Sequence record: DRR723986_3102
Strand: one strand, 5' to 3'
DNA length: 62,568 bases
A model generated the notes under the pieces. The model did no database searches. It was not told the origin of the DNA and saw only the letters and a list, made by a program, of their open reading frames with translations. A program made the translations under genes and the position numbers. This document shows positions 43,272 to 52,773 of this stretch, one piece after another (within the stretch, counting starts at the first letter, position 1; each line of letters starts with the position of its first letter).

Positions 43272-45023
43272 GTGAGTGTTCTAATCAAGCCGCTGCGGGC
43301 ATTGGCTTACCTGGCCCTGGTCACCGCTATTTCCGCAACCCAGGCACAGCCGGCCCCCGGCAGCGCCACGACGCCGATCATCGACTACCAGAACCGGTTC
43401 CTGCCGATCGTTGCCCGCCACGGCATGGTCGCCGGACCCGAGACCCTGGCCGCCGAAATCGGCACCCGCATCCTGCGCGAGGGCGGGAACGCAGTGGACG
43501 CCGCGGTCGCCACCGGCTTCGCACTGGCCGTCACCTACCCCCGCGCCGGCAATCTTGCCGGTGGTGGCTTCATGCTGATCCATCTCGAGCAGGAGCAGCG
43601 CCAGACCCTGATCGATTACCGCGAAACCGCGCCGGCCAGGGCAAGCCGGGACATGTACCTCGACGAAAACGGGGAAGTGGACCGGATGCTGGAGTACTTC
43701 AGCCACAAATCCACCGCGGTGCCGGGCACCGTGGCGGGGCTGGTCCACGCGCTGGAAAAGTACGGCACCCTGCCGCTGAAGACAGTCCTGGCACCGGCCA
43801 TCGAACTGGCCGAGAAGGGCTTTCCGGTGTCTTTTGCGCTGAACTACGAGATTGGCGCCCGGGCCGAGCGCCTGCGCATGAACCCGGAGGCCCTGCGCCT
43901 GTTCTTCAAGCCCGACGGTGAGCAATACGGTATCGGCGAAACCTTCCGGCAGCCGGACCTGGCCTGGACCCTGCGCCAGATTGCCAAACATGGGGCGGAC
44001 GGTTTCTACCGGGGCGATGTCGCCCGCCGGCTGGTTGCAGAGATGGAAGCCGGCGACGGCCTGATCAGCCTCGAGGATCTCGCGGCCTACCGGATCACCG
44101 AGCGGGAACCCGTGCGCGGTAGTTTCAGGGATTTCGACATCGTTTCCACACCACCCCCCTCCTCCGGCGGCGTGCACATCGTGCAGATGCTCAACATCCT
44201 GGAAGGACTGGACCTGGAGGCCATGGGCCAGAACAGCGCGGCCTATATTCACTACCTGGCGGAGAGCATGAAGCTGGCCTATGCGGATCGCAGTCGCTAC
44301 CTCGGCGATCCCGACTTTGTCGCGGTGCCGGTCGCTGCCCTTACCGACAAGGCCTATGCCCAGCGACTGCGCGCGCGCATCAACCCGGACCGCGCCACGC
44401 CATCCGCCGAGGTGAGCCCGGGCGTGGAGCTGGCGGCGGAAGGCGAGGACACCACCCACTACACGGTGGCGGACCGCTTCGGCAACGTGGTGAGCAACAC
44501 CTATACCCTGAACTTCAGCTTCGGCTCGCACATCGCGGTGCCGGGCACCGGGATACTGCTCAACAATGAAATGGCGGATTTCGCGGCGAGCCCGGGCAAA
44601 CCCAATGCTTTCGGCCTGCTCGAGGGCGACGCCAACAGCATCCAGGGCAACAAGCGACCGCTATCCTCTATGTGCCCGACCATGGTGTTCCGCGACGGCA
44701 AGCCCTGGCTTGCCACCGGGAGCCCCGGCGGCAGCCTGATCATCACTACGGTGCTACAGACCCTGCTCAACGCCATGGTCTTTGACCTGAATATCGCTGC
44801 GGCAGCCGCGCGCCCGCGGGTTCATCACCAGTGGATGCCCGACACCCTGCGGGTCGAACAGGGGGTGAGCCCGGACACGATCCGCCTGCTGGAGGCCATG
44901 GGGCACCAGGTCGAGATCGGTAACCGGACCCTGGGCCGGACCCAGTCGATCATGCTGCGCGACGGCTGGCTCTACGGCGCTACCGACACCCGGCGACCCG
45001 GCGGGCACGTCGCCGGATACTGA
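43272..45023 (+). CDS. ggt: gamma-glutamyltransferase
   Basis: GGNAVDAA, GGGF, DYRETAP, autocatalytic TTHY, PLSSM, GSPGG; signal peptide; start approximate. Confidence 0.95.
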   Translation: MSVLIKPLRALAYLALVTAISATQAQPAPGSATTPIIDYQNRFLPIVARHGMVAGPETLAAEIGTRILREGGNAVDAAVATGFALAVTYPRAGNLAGGGFMLIHLEQEQRQTLIDYRETAPARASRDMYLDENGEVDRMLEYFSHKSTAVPGTVAGLVHALEKYGTLPLKTVLAPAIELAEKGFPVSFALNYEIGARAERLRMNPEALRLFFKPDGEQYGIGETFRQPDLAWTLRQIAKHGADGFYRGDVARRLVAEMEAGDGLISLEDLAAYRITEREPVRGSFRDFDIVSTPPPSSGGVHIVQMLNILEGLDLEAMGQNSAAYIHYLAESMKLAYADRSRYLGDPDFVAVPVAALTDKAYAQRLRARINPDRATPSAEVSPGVELAAEGEDTTHYTVADRFGNVVSNTYTLNFSFGSHIAVPGTGILLNNEMADFAASPGKPNAFGLLEGDANSIQGNKRPLSSMCPTMVFRDGKPWLATGSPGGSLIITTVLQTLLNAMVFDLNIAAAAARPRVHHQWMPDTLRVEQGVSPDTIRLLEAMGHQVEIGNRTLGRTQSIMLRDGWLYGATDTRRPGGHVAGY

Positions 45024-45068
45024 CCGCCCTGCTGCGAGCTTAAGCCGAAACCGCCGGCGCTGCGTACT

Positions 45069-45098
45069 TTGTTACGTTAAAGCGCCTGTGGTTATACT
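45069..45098 (+). promoter_or_regulatory. putative sigma70 promoter of the 13-gene operon
   Basis: TTGTTA-N18-TATACT about 65 nt upstream of ATG 45165. Confidence 0.45.
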
Positions 45099-45164
45099 TG
45101 GCAGGACCAGTTCCAACAACTGATCGCGGTAACCCTTCACAGTGCCGCGAGCGTGACAGGCACC

Positions 45165-46520
45165 ATGACAGCATCCTCCGGCAAATCGCCGTTCGCCCTG
45201 GCAACGGCTCTGGCCCTGACGCTCTACGGCGGCAGCGCACTCGCCCAGGATCCGTCCGCGACGGTTACCGCCGAGGACATCCCAATCGCCAGCGCGGGCG
45301 ATGACCCCGCGCCGTCCGACCCGGTCGCCGTACCGACGGCCAGCGATCAAGCCGACGAACCGGTAGACAGCCTGCTGGACCAGGAGGACGACGCAGAGCC
45401 CCCCATTCCGGACAGTGCAACCGTTACCGATTACCGGCGAGCCGTGGCCCGGATCGAGGATGAATCCGGCGCCTATGGCGAGGGGATGTCAGAGCAACTC
45501 CTCGGGCTGGGGCTTGCCCTGCAACAGCAGGGTCGCCACCAGGAAGCGATTGACGTGTTCAAACGCGGCGTGCACCTGACGCGGATCAACGAGGGCCTGT
45601 ACGGCGCCGGCCAGATTGCCCTGCTGGAATCGGAGATTGCCAGCCATGTTGCGATTGGCGAGTTCTCCGCAGCGGACGAGCGCCAGGTCTACCTGTACCG
45701 GGTACAACAGCGGGCCCTGGCTACCGGGGCGGAGCGAGCCGAGGCCCTGATGCAACAGGCCCGGTGGCAACGCCGGGCCTATGACCTGGGCCTGGGTGAA
45801 TATGGCTACACTCGCCTGCTGACCATGTGGGACCTGTACCGCATGGCGTTGAACGACATTGCCGAGCGAGAGGGCGAATCTTCACCCAAGCTGCTGCGGC
45901 CGCTCATGGGTATGCTCAAGTCCCAGTACCTGATCGCCGGATTCCAGGGCGAGACCGCCAACGGGGCCTTTAACGTCGACGCCTTTGGCACCCGCCAGGA
46001 CGACGGCCGTTTCAATGCCTATCGCAGCTCGTCTTTCAAACGCGGCGAGGCGGTGCTTTCCGCCATCTACGAGATCAACAAGCGCAACACCGAAGGCGAC
46101 ACGCTGACCGCCGCCCGGGACCTGGTGATGCTGGGCGACTGGCGTTTCTGGCACGGGATGCGGGAGGGCGCACTGGACAGCTATCGGGAAGCGCTGGCGG
46201 AACTTGCAGCGCTCGATGATGCCCAAGAACAGGTGGAGCGCCTGTTTGGCGCTCCAGTACCGCTGCCGGATCTCGACGGGGTGCGGCCGCTGCCGCCGAC
46301 AACAAGCCCGGATATGGCGGATTTACTGGTAGAATTCGGGGTCAGCGCCGGTGGCAGAGTGGTTGACGTGAGCCGGATAGACGACGGCCTGGAGAACGAG
46401 TCCCAGGCCAATCGCCTGATCAGGCAACTGCGCCAGACCCGGTTCCGGCCGCGATTCGAAGGCAATGAGGCTGTGGACACCGACAAATTGAGCTGGGCAT
46501 ATGATACGGCAAGCTGGTAA
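45165..46520 (+). CDS. secreted TPR-like protein with C-terminal TonB-C-like domain
   Basis: signal peptide ending ALA-Q; helical TPR-like core; C-term VEFGVSAGGRVVDV...RQTRFRPRFEGNEAV resembles TonB_C. Confidence 0.7.
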   Translation: MTASSGKSPFALATALALTLYGGSALAQDPSATVTAEDIPIASAGDDPAPSDPVAVPTASDQADEPVDSLLDQEDDAEPPIPDSATVTDYRRAVARIEDESGAYGEGMSEQLLGLGLALQQQGRHQEAIDVFKRGVHLTRINEGLYGAGQIALLESEIASHVAIGEFSAADERQVYLYRVQQRALATGAERAEALMQQARWQRRAYDLGLGEYGYTRLLTMWDLYRMALNDIAEREGESSPKLLRPLMGMLKSQYLIAGFQGETANGAFNVDAFGTRQDDGRFNAYRSSSFKRGEAVLSAIYEINKRNTEGDTLTAARDLVMLGDWRFWHGMREGALDSYREALAELAALDDAQEQVERLFGAPVPLPDLDGVRPLPPTTSPDMADLLVEFGVSAGGRVVDVSRIDDGLENESQANRLIRQLRQTRFRPRFEGNEAVDTDKLSWAYDTASW

Positions 46521-47682
46521 CGCTTTGGACAAGGACGGCACAGTAATCAGGTTTGCCCTGATCGCCGCCGCCTGCGCGCTGCTCACCGGCTGCCCGAGTG
46601 CCAGTAACCCGACCATGCCGCAGCCGCCGTCAACTCCGAGTTCGGCGCCTTCCTCCAGCAGCTCGTCCAGCTCCAGCAGCAGTTCCAGTTCCAGCAGCAG
46701 CTCCTCCAGCTCGAGCAGCAGCTCGTCCAGTAGTCAGTCTTCGAGCTCTCCGTCCGCCAGCGCGCCACCCTCGGGAGCTTCCTCACCCTCGTCGCCCGGC
46801 AGCACCAGTGCGTCAACCGGCGGTGGTACACCTGCCAGCGAGGGCGGTGCCAGCGGTAACGAGGACATGGGGGATTTCCCCCAGGGCGAATTCCCTGGCG
46901 AAACTGCAGGCGGTGGCGACCCGACGGCCGGGGCCGGCGGCAATGCCGAACCTTCCTTCGAGGACGGCGGCGGCCAAGCGGGTGCCGAAGCCGGCGATCC
47001 CGGGTTCGGCGAGGGCATGGCCGGAGGCGATGCGCTGCCGGATATGCGAGATACGGAGCCGAGTTTTGAACAGGTCCTCGGCGCCATGGAAGATGCCATG
47101 GGTGAACCAGGCGACAGCGGCCAGGCGGGGGGGCAAACCGGCAGCGAGGGCACGCAGCAAGCGAGCGGCGGCGGTGGCTATCCCGGCTCACCGATGCCCG
47201 GGTATGAAGCGGGACAGGGCCAGCCCGGCGGCCAGGGTGGTCGCGGTCCGCTGACCCCGGCCGAGCAGGTGGCAATCCTCGATGCCCAGTTGGAGCAGGG
47301 TACCGGCGAATTCGACGCCATGATCCTCGAAGAACAGCAGGCCCAGCGCCAGGCTGCCCGGGAGCGACCAGCACCCAGCACACCTATTGAGCCCGCCGGC
47401 GGCAGTGGCGGTGGCGGTGCCTATGGCGGCGACCCCGCCTACGACAGTGAAGTCGCCGATGGCGGTGGTTACAGCGGTGGCGGCGGTATGGGCGGCGCTA
47501 CCCGGGGCGGCCAGGTACCGCAAAATACGGCGAAGTACCCGCCGCCGTCGGATATCCCCGACGGCAACGATGACGACGTGGTCGCGCGCCAGCTGCGAGA
47601 GGCCGCCATGCGCGAGCCAGATCCTGCGGTGCGCGAGAAGCTGTGGGACGAGTACCGCAAGTACAAGGGCATCACGCCGTGA
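46501..47682 (+). CDS. low-complexity Ser/Gly/acidic lipoprotein with ordered C-terminal helical domain
   Basis: lipobox LLTGC; poly-Ser; C-term DIPDGNDDDVVARQLREAA...LWDEYRKYK; start approximate. Confidence 0.75.
   Translation: MIRQAGNALDKDGTVIRFALIAAACALLTGCPSASNPTMPQPPSTPSSAPSSSSSSSSSSSSSSSSSSSSSSSSSSSSQSSSSPSASAPPSGASSPSSPGSTSASTGGGTPASEGGASGNEDMGDFPQGEFPGETAGGGDPTAGAGGNAEPSFEDGGGQAGAEAGDPGFGEGMAGGDALPDMRDTEPSFEQVLGAMEDAMGEPGDSGQAGGQTGSEGTQQASGGGGYPGSPMPGYEAGQGQPGGQGGRGPLTPAEQVAILDAQLEQGTGEFDAMILEEQQAQRQAARERPAPSTPIEPAGGSGGGGAYGGDPAYDSEVADGGGYSGGGGMGGATRGGQVPQNTAKYPPPSDIPDGNDDDVVARQLREAAMREPDPAVREKLWDEYRKYKGITP
46651..46734 (+). repeat. poly-serine tract (28 consecutive Ser codons)
   Basis: mixed TCC/TCG/AGC/AGT codons in frame. 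Confidence 0.9.
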
Positions 47683-48887
47683 ACCTGATCCTGCGCCTTG
47701 CGCTTGCCGGCTTGCTGACGACGCTGTTGAGCGCCTGCGTCAACCAGACCGTGAAGAGCACATCGGTACCGGCGATCCAGAGTGCCAGCGTGGAAGTGCC
47801 TGAGGGGCAGCTGCTGGATGTCGGCATCGCCATTTTTGATCCCGGCCTCGATGACTACGACGAAGACCAGCAGATCTACCCGGAAGTGCGCAAAGCCGAG
47901 GCGCGCTACATGCCACAGCTACTGGCAGACGCCATGCAGGATAGCGGAGCCTGGGGCGCAGTTCGCGTGGTGCCCGGACAGGCCACCATTACTGACCTGT
48001 TGGTAGAAGGTCAGATCCTGCAATCCGACGGCGAGGAATTGCAACTGCTGATCACCGCCACCGACTCGCGGGGCTTCGTGTGGCTCAACCGGAAATACAC
48101 CGGCAACGCGAGCCGTTACGCCTACGACAGCGTGACCCGCACCCAGTACGACCCGTTTCAGGTCATCTACAACCGGATTGCCAATGACCTCCTGCAAAAG
48201 CAGGAAGAACTGCGCGCGAAGGATCGCGAGTCCATCCGCACGGTCACCGAACTGCTGTTCGCACAGAGCTTCTCCGAAGAGGCCTTCACCGGCTATCTCG
48301 GCAAAACGCGCAAGGGCCAGTACCTGATCCTGCGCCTGCCCGCAGAGAATGACCCCATGCTGGAACGGGTGCGCAGCATCCGCGAGCGCGACCTGCTGTT
48401 CGTCGACACGCTGCAGGAATACTACGACGGCTTCAACGGCCAGATGCAGGACCCCTACCAGGAGTGGCGCAAGCTGACCTACGAGGAAGCCATGGCGCTG
48501 CAGGAGCTGAAAGCGGAAAGTACCCGGCGCCTTATCGCGGGCGGGCTGGCGGTGCTCGGTGGGATCGCAGCCGCGGGCGGTGGCGACCGGACTACCCGGG
48601 CGGCCGGGAACGTTGCCATCATCGGCGGCGGCTACCTGCTCAAGAGCGGCCTGGAGAAACGCGCCGAGGCGCAGATTCACGTTGAGGCGCTGGAAGAACT
48701 GGGCATGTCCCTCGAGGCGGAAATCACACCCCACGTGATCGAGCTCGAAGACCGCACGGTGATGCTGAGCGGCAATGTCGAGGACCAGTATGACCAGTGG
48801 CGCGAGCTGCTGGCAGATATTTACCGCGCTGAAATCGGTGCCCTGGAGCTGCCCGCCGAAGCGGGCACCGACAACGACACGCCCTGA
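47679..48887 (+). CDS. lipoprotein with glycine-rich hydrophobic hairpin
   Basis: GTGA overlap with previous gene; lipobox LLSAC; AGGLAVLGGIAAAGGG...VAIIGGG. Confidence 0.8.
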   Translation: MNLILRLALAGLLTTLLSACVNQTVKSTSVPAIQSASVEVPEGQLLDVGIAIFDPGLDDYDEDQQIYPEVRKAEARYMPQLLADAMQDSGAWGAVRVVPGQATITDLLVEGQILQSDGEELQLLITATDSRGFVWLNRKYTGNASRYAYDSVTRTQYDPFQVIYNRIANDLLQKQEELRAKDRESIRTVTELLFAQSFSEEAFTGYLGKTRKGQYLILRLPAENDPMLERVRSIRERDLLFVDTLQEYYDGFNGQMQDPYQEWRKLTYEEAMALQELKAESTRRLIAGGLAVLGGIAAAGGGDRTTRAAGNVAIIGGGYLLKSGLEKRAEAQIHVEALEELGMSLEAEITPHVIELEDRTVMLSGNVEDQYDQWRELLADIYRAEIGALELPAEAGTDNDTP

Positions 48888-48924
48888 ACGGGGCGTCCAA
48901 TCCCCTTTCCCGACTGAAGACTGC

Positions 48925-50469
48925 ATGCCAGCCGACAACAAGCCTGTTCAGCCAACCCCGTTCGAGGCCGCCCCTGCCAGTCAGCCGGCGGCAGCGACGG
49001 CGGACGCGACCCAGCAGAATGCCGCCAGTGGCCCGCCACCCTGGGTGCTGCCCGCACTCGGGGGCTTGTTGTTACTGGGTGCGCTGGTCGTGTTCTGGCT
49101 GCCGGGGCAGGTAGATCCCCAGGCGCCACCGGAAATCGCCGCACCCTCGACCGATACCGAACCCGGCTCGATATCGCCGGCGGGTAAACCGGCAACGACG
49201 TCGGCAGTCGAGGAAGCCTCACCCTGGTCAGACGCGCAGCTGGCCCGTCTGCGCAAGGAAGCCCAGGACGTGCTCGCGGAATTGCTCGACGTACAATTCC
49301 GGCTGGAGGAGCGCGGCATCGACCAGTGGGCAGCGGCGGCTTTCGCCGAGGCCGTGGCCATTGCCCAGGCAGGTGACGCGCTATACAAAAACCGGGACTT
49401 CGAGCCCGCCACCGCCGCCTATCGCGACAGCCTCGAGCGCCTGCTGGCGCTGGAGGCGGGGTTGCCGGAGGCATTTCAGGCACAACTGGCAGCGGCCAAT
49501 GAGGCCATCGAGGCTGGCGATTTGGAGCAGCTGGCCGCGGCACTGGCGCTGGCGGAACTGATCGAGCCCGGACACCCGGAGCTGGCCACCCTGGCCCAAC
49601 GCGGCGAGCGACTGCCAGAGCTGATGGCCCGGATGACCCGCGCCGCCGACGCGGAGCAAGCCGATGACCTGGCTACGGCCAGAGACTCGCTGCAGGCGGC
49701 GGTGGAACTCGATGGCGCCCACCAGCGTGCAGCGAGTGAACTCGCCAGGGTCAGTGCCGCCTATCAGCAGCAGCAATTCAACGATGCAATGAGTGCCGGA
49801 TACACCGCCCTCGATGCGGGACAGTTCGACAGTGCACGCTCGGCTTTCCGTCGGGCGGGCCAGCTGCAGCCCGGTTCAACCGAGGCCGCGAGCGCCCTGC
49901 AGGAAGTCGCCACCGCCGAAACCGGCAGTCGCCTGCAGCGCCTGCAGCAGCAGGGCGCACGCCAGGAAGGCAGTGAGAGCTGGCAAGCGGCCGTCGAGTC
50001 CTACCAGGCCGCACTCGCCATCGACAGTAATATCCTGTTTGCCCGTGAAGGACTGGAACGCAGCGAACCCCGCGCCCGCCTGGACAAGCAGTTCCGCACC
50101 GCGCTGGATGATCCCGATCGGCTGTCGGATGTCGCCGTCGCCGAGGCCACCGAAAACCTGCTGCGCCAGGCCCGGCGCATCACCGCTGCCGGGCCCGTGC
50201 TGCAGGAGCAGATCACGAAGCTGACCGCGCTATTGGAAAAAGCCAATACGCCGCTGGCTGTTGCCCTCAAGTCGGACGGTGAAACCGAGGTCATCATCTA
50301 CAAGGTGGCCCGCCTGGGCCGCTTCGAGCAGCACCGGCTGACCTTGCGTCCTGGCAGCTACACCGCCCTGGGTACTCGCAACGGTTATCGCGACGTACGC
50401 ACGACCTTTCGGGTCAGCCATGAATCCAATAGCGGGCCGGTGACCATCGCCTGCACTGAGCCCATCTGA
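48925..50469 (+). CDS. bitopic membrane protein: TM, long helical/TPR-like region, C-terminal PEGA-like domain
   Basis: TM WVLPALGGLLLLGALVVFWLP; Ala/Glu-rich helices; LRPGSYTALGTRNGY. Confidence 0.75.
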   Translation: MPADNKPVQPTPFEAAPASQPAAATADATQQNAASGPPPWVLPALGGLLLLGALVVFWLPGQVDPQAPPEIAAPSTDTEPGSISPAGKPATTSAVEEASPWSDAQLARLRKEAQDVLAELLDVQFRLEERGIDQWAAAAFAEAVAIAQAGDALYKNRDFEPATAAYRDSLERLLALEAGLPEAFQAQLAAANEAIEAGDLEQLAAALALAELIEPGHPELATLAQRGERLPELMARMTRAADAEQADDLATARDSLQAAVELDGAHQRAASELARVSAAYQQQQFNDAMSAGYTALDAGQFDSARSAFRRAGQLQPGSTEAASALQEVATAETGSRLQRLQQQGARQEGSESWQAAVESYQAALAIDSNILFAREGLERSEPRARLDKQFRTALDDPDRLSDVAVAEATENLLRQARRITAAGPVLQEQITKLTALLEKANTPLAVALKSDGETEVIIYKVARLGRFEQHRLTLRPGSYTALGTRNGYRDVRTTFRVSHESNSGPVTIACTEPI

Positions 50470-52536
50470 ATGACAGTCAGCGATCCCAACCCCCAGTCGA
50501 TTAAGCCCAGCAGCTTCCAGCCACTGGCGGACGCCGCACCACCCCCGCGGCAACGGGGCAACCCGCTGCGCTGGGTGCTGGCCGGCAGTGCCTTGCTGTT
50601 CCTGCTGATCATGGGCTTCCTGCTGACCTCGCGCTCGGTGCAGGTCGATGTGCTCGCAGAGGCTGAGGCAGAAATCGACATCAGCGGGCTGGCGCTGCCT
50701 TTCGGGGAGCGCTACCTGATGCGCCCAGGGACTTACCGGCTGCAGGTCAGCGCCCCTGGCTATTATCCTCACGATGCGGAGCTGCAGGTCAGCGAACAGG
50801 ACAGCCAGACCGTGCAGGTGGTCATGCAGCCCCTTCCCGGCCGCCTCAGCATCCAGAGTGAACCCGATGGCGCCCAGGTGCTGGTCGATGGCGAGCTTAT
50901 CGGCACCACGCCGCTCGCCGATCATCCGGTGGCGGCAGGTAGCCATGAACTCACCCTGCAGGCCGACCGCTACCAGCCGCTGGTCAGCCCCCTGGAGGTC
51001 GAGGGGCGGGAGATCCAGCAACAGCTGGAACTGCGCCTGGAACCAGCCTGGGCCGAGGTGTCGATTAACAGCGCGCCGCCCGGGGCCAGCATCCTGGTCG
51101 ATGGCGAGAACCTGGGCCAAACGCCCGCCACGGTCGAAATCATGGAAGGCGAACACCAGCTAATCCTGCAACTGCCGGCGTTCAGCGACTGGCAGCAAAA
51201 CCTGGAGGTGACGGCCGGACAGGCACAGGACCTGGGCGAGATCGCACTGCAAGCAGCCGCGGGGATTCTAAACCTGACCAGCAGCCCTGGCGGCGCCAAT
51301 GTCACCCTCGATGGTGAATTCCAGGGCCAGACTCCGCTGGAACTGGAAATCACCCCCAACCGTGACTACCGACTGGTACTGTCACGACCCGGGTATCGCC
51401 GCTACAGCGAGACCGTGCAGCTGGCAGCCGGCAGCCGTGCCGACAAGGCGATCACCCTGCGCGCCCAGCTGGGCGAGGTCCGTTTTGATATCGAGCCGGC
51501 CGGTGCCGTGTTGCGCCTCAACGGCAAGCCCGCGGGCAAGGGCAGCCAGCGCCTGTCGCTGCCGGCCTTCGAGCACAGTATCGAGGTCTCCCTCGACGGC
51601 TACGCCACCGTGCGCCGCAAGGTAACCCCGCGGCCGGGATTGGAACAGCTGGTGGCCATCAGCCTGCAGACCCGGGATGAAGCCCGTCTGGCCCAGCTCA
51701 AGCCGGAGCTCACCACAGCCCTGGGCCAGACCATGCTGCTGTTCAACCCGGCGGAATCACCGCGAGCCGAATTCACCATGGGCGCCTCGCGCCGCGAGCC
51801 TGGTCGTCGCGCCAACGAGGTCCTGCACCCGGTGCGCCTGGAGCGCATGTTCTACCTGCAGACCACCGAGGTGACCAACGCCCAGTTCCGCCAGTTCCTG
51901 GCCAGCCACAACTCCGGCCAGATCGAGGGCAACAGTCTCAACCGGGAGCACCAGCCCGCAGCACAGGTAAGCTGGCAGCAGGCAGCAAGGTTCAGCAACT
52001 GGCTGAGCAAGCGCGAGGGATTGGAGCCTTTCTACCGCGAGACCAATGGCATCATCAGTGGCTACAACCCCTCCTCCACCGGCTATCGGCTGCCCACCGA
52101 GACGGAGTGGGCCTGGGCGGCGCGAGTCCAGGGCGACCTGCTGCTCAAGTTCACCTGGGGAGACAACTTTCCCCCCACCGAGAAAGTGGAAAACTATGCG
52201 GACAACACCTCGGCCTACGTCACCGGGCGCATCCTCAACGGCTATACCGACGACCATGTAGTCAGCGCACCGGTGGCCAGCTTCCCGCCGAATCACCGCG
52301 GCCTGTATGACCTGGGCGGCAACGTCGCCGAATGGGTGCACGACGTGTACAGTATCCCTTCGGCCAACGGCACCCTGGAAGTGGACCCGCTGGGAGCGCA
52401 GAACGGCGACAACTATGTCATCCGCGGGGGCAGCTGGGCGCTAAGCAAACTGGCCGAGCTGCGCCTCTCCTTCCGCGATTATGGGCAAGCGGGACGGGAT
52501 GACGTAGGATTCCGACTGGCTCGCTACGCGGAATAG
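50470..52536 (+). CDS. TM-PEGA repeats-FGE/SUMF1-like domain protein
   Basis: about five PEGA repeats (S.P.GA.V.VDG...G.TP); FTMG, EVTNAQF, RLPTETEW, GLYDLGGNVAEW, RGGSW, GFRL. Confidence 0.9.
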   Translation: MTVSDPNPQSIKPSSFQPLADAAPPPRQRGNPLRWVLAGSALLFLLIMGFLLTSRSVQVDVLAEAEAEIDISGLALPFGERYLMRPGTYRLQVSAPGYYPHDAELQVSEQDSQTVQVVMQPLPGRLSIQSEPDGAQVLVDGELIGTTPLADHPVAAGSHELTLQADRYQPLVSPLEVEGREIQQQLELRLEPAWAEVSINSAPPGASILVDGENLGQTPATVEIMEGEHQLILQLPAFSDWQQNLEVTAGQAQDLGEIALQAAAGILNLTSSPGGANVTLDGEFQGQTPLELEITPNRDYRLVLSRPGYRRYSETVQLAAGSRADKAITLRAQLGEVRFDIEPAGAVLRLNGKPAGKGSQRLSLPAFEHSIEVSLDGYATVRRKVTPRPGLEQLVAISLQTRDEARLAQLKPELTTALGQTMLLFNPAESPRAEFTMGASRREPGRRANEVLHPVRLERMFYLQTTEVTNAQFRQFLASHNSGQIEGNSLNREHQPAAQVSWQQAARFSNWLSKREGLEPFYRETNGIISGYNPSSTGYRLPTETEWAWAARVQGDLLLKFTWGDNFPPTEKVENYADNTSAYVTGRILNGYTDDHVVSAPVASFPPNHRGLYDLGGNVAEWVHDVYSIPSANGTLEVDPLGAQNGDNYVIRGGSWALSKLAELRLSFRDYGQAGRDDVGFRLARYAE

Positions 52537-52539
52537 GCC

Positions 52540-52764
52540 ATGCTCCGAGTATTACCCAGCATCACCCTCGCCTTCGTCCTCACGGCCGCTGGCGCAGTTG
52601 CCCAGGAGCCGGTGGCGGAAAGCGACGAGTCCGCGGAGCCTGAAACCAGCCAGCCGGCGCAGTCAGGGGCAGCGGCCCCGGCCGGCGATGAATCGCCCTT
52701 CGACTACGAATCATCCGAGGAAATCTCGGAAGACCTGTCGGTCTCATTCCCGGTGGATATCTAG
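52540..52764 (+). CDS. small secreted acidic protein
   Basis: signal peptide ending AVA-Q; C-term EEISEDLSVSFPVDI; 3- and 9-nt gaps to neighbours. Confidence 0.75.
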   Translation: MLRVLPSITLAFVLTAAGAVAQEPVAESDESAEPETSQPAQSGAAAPAGDESPFDYESSEEISEDLSVSFPVDI

Positions 52765-52773
52765 GAAGCGTCA

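Noticed and set aside
46651-46734. Phase-variable simple sequence repeat or CRISPR-like array
   Set aside because: Codons are heterogeneous (TCC/TCG/AGC/AGT), with no perfect tandem unit or repeat-spacer structure
52380-52536. FGE/C-type-lectin C-terminus as a diversity-generating retroelement variable region
   Set aside because: No reverse transcriptase and no second near-identical template repeat seen in the window
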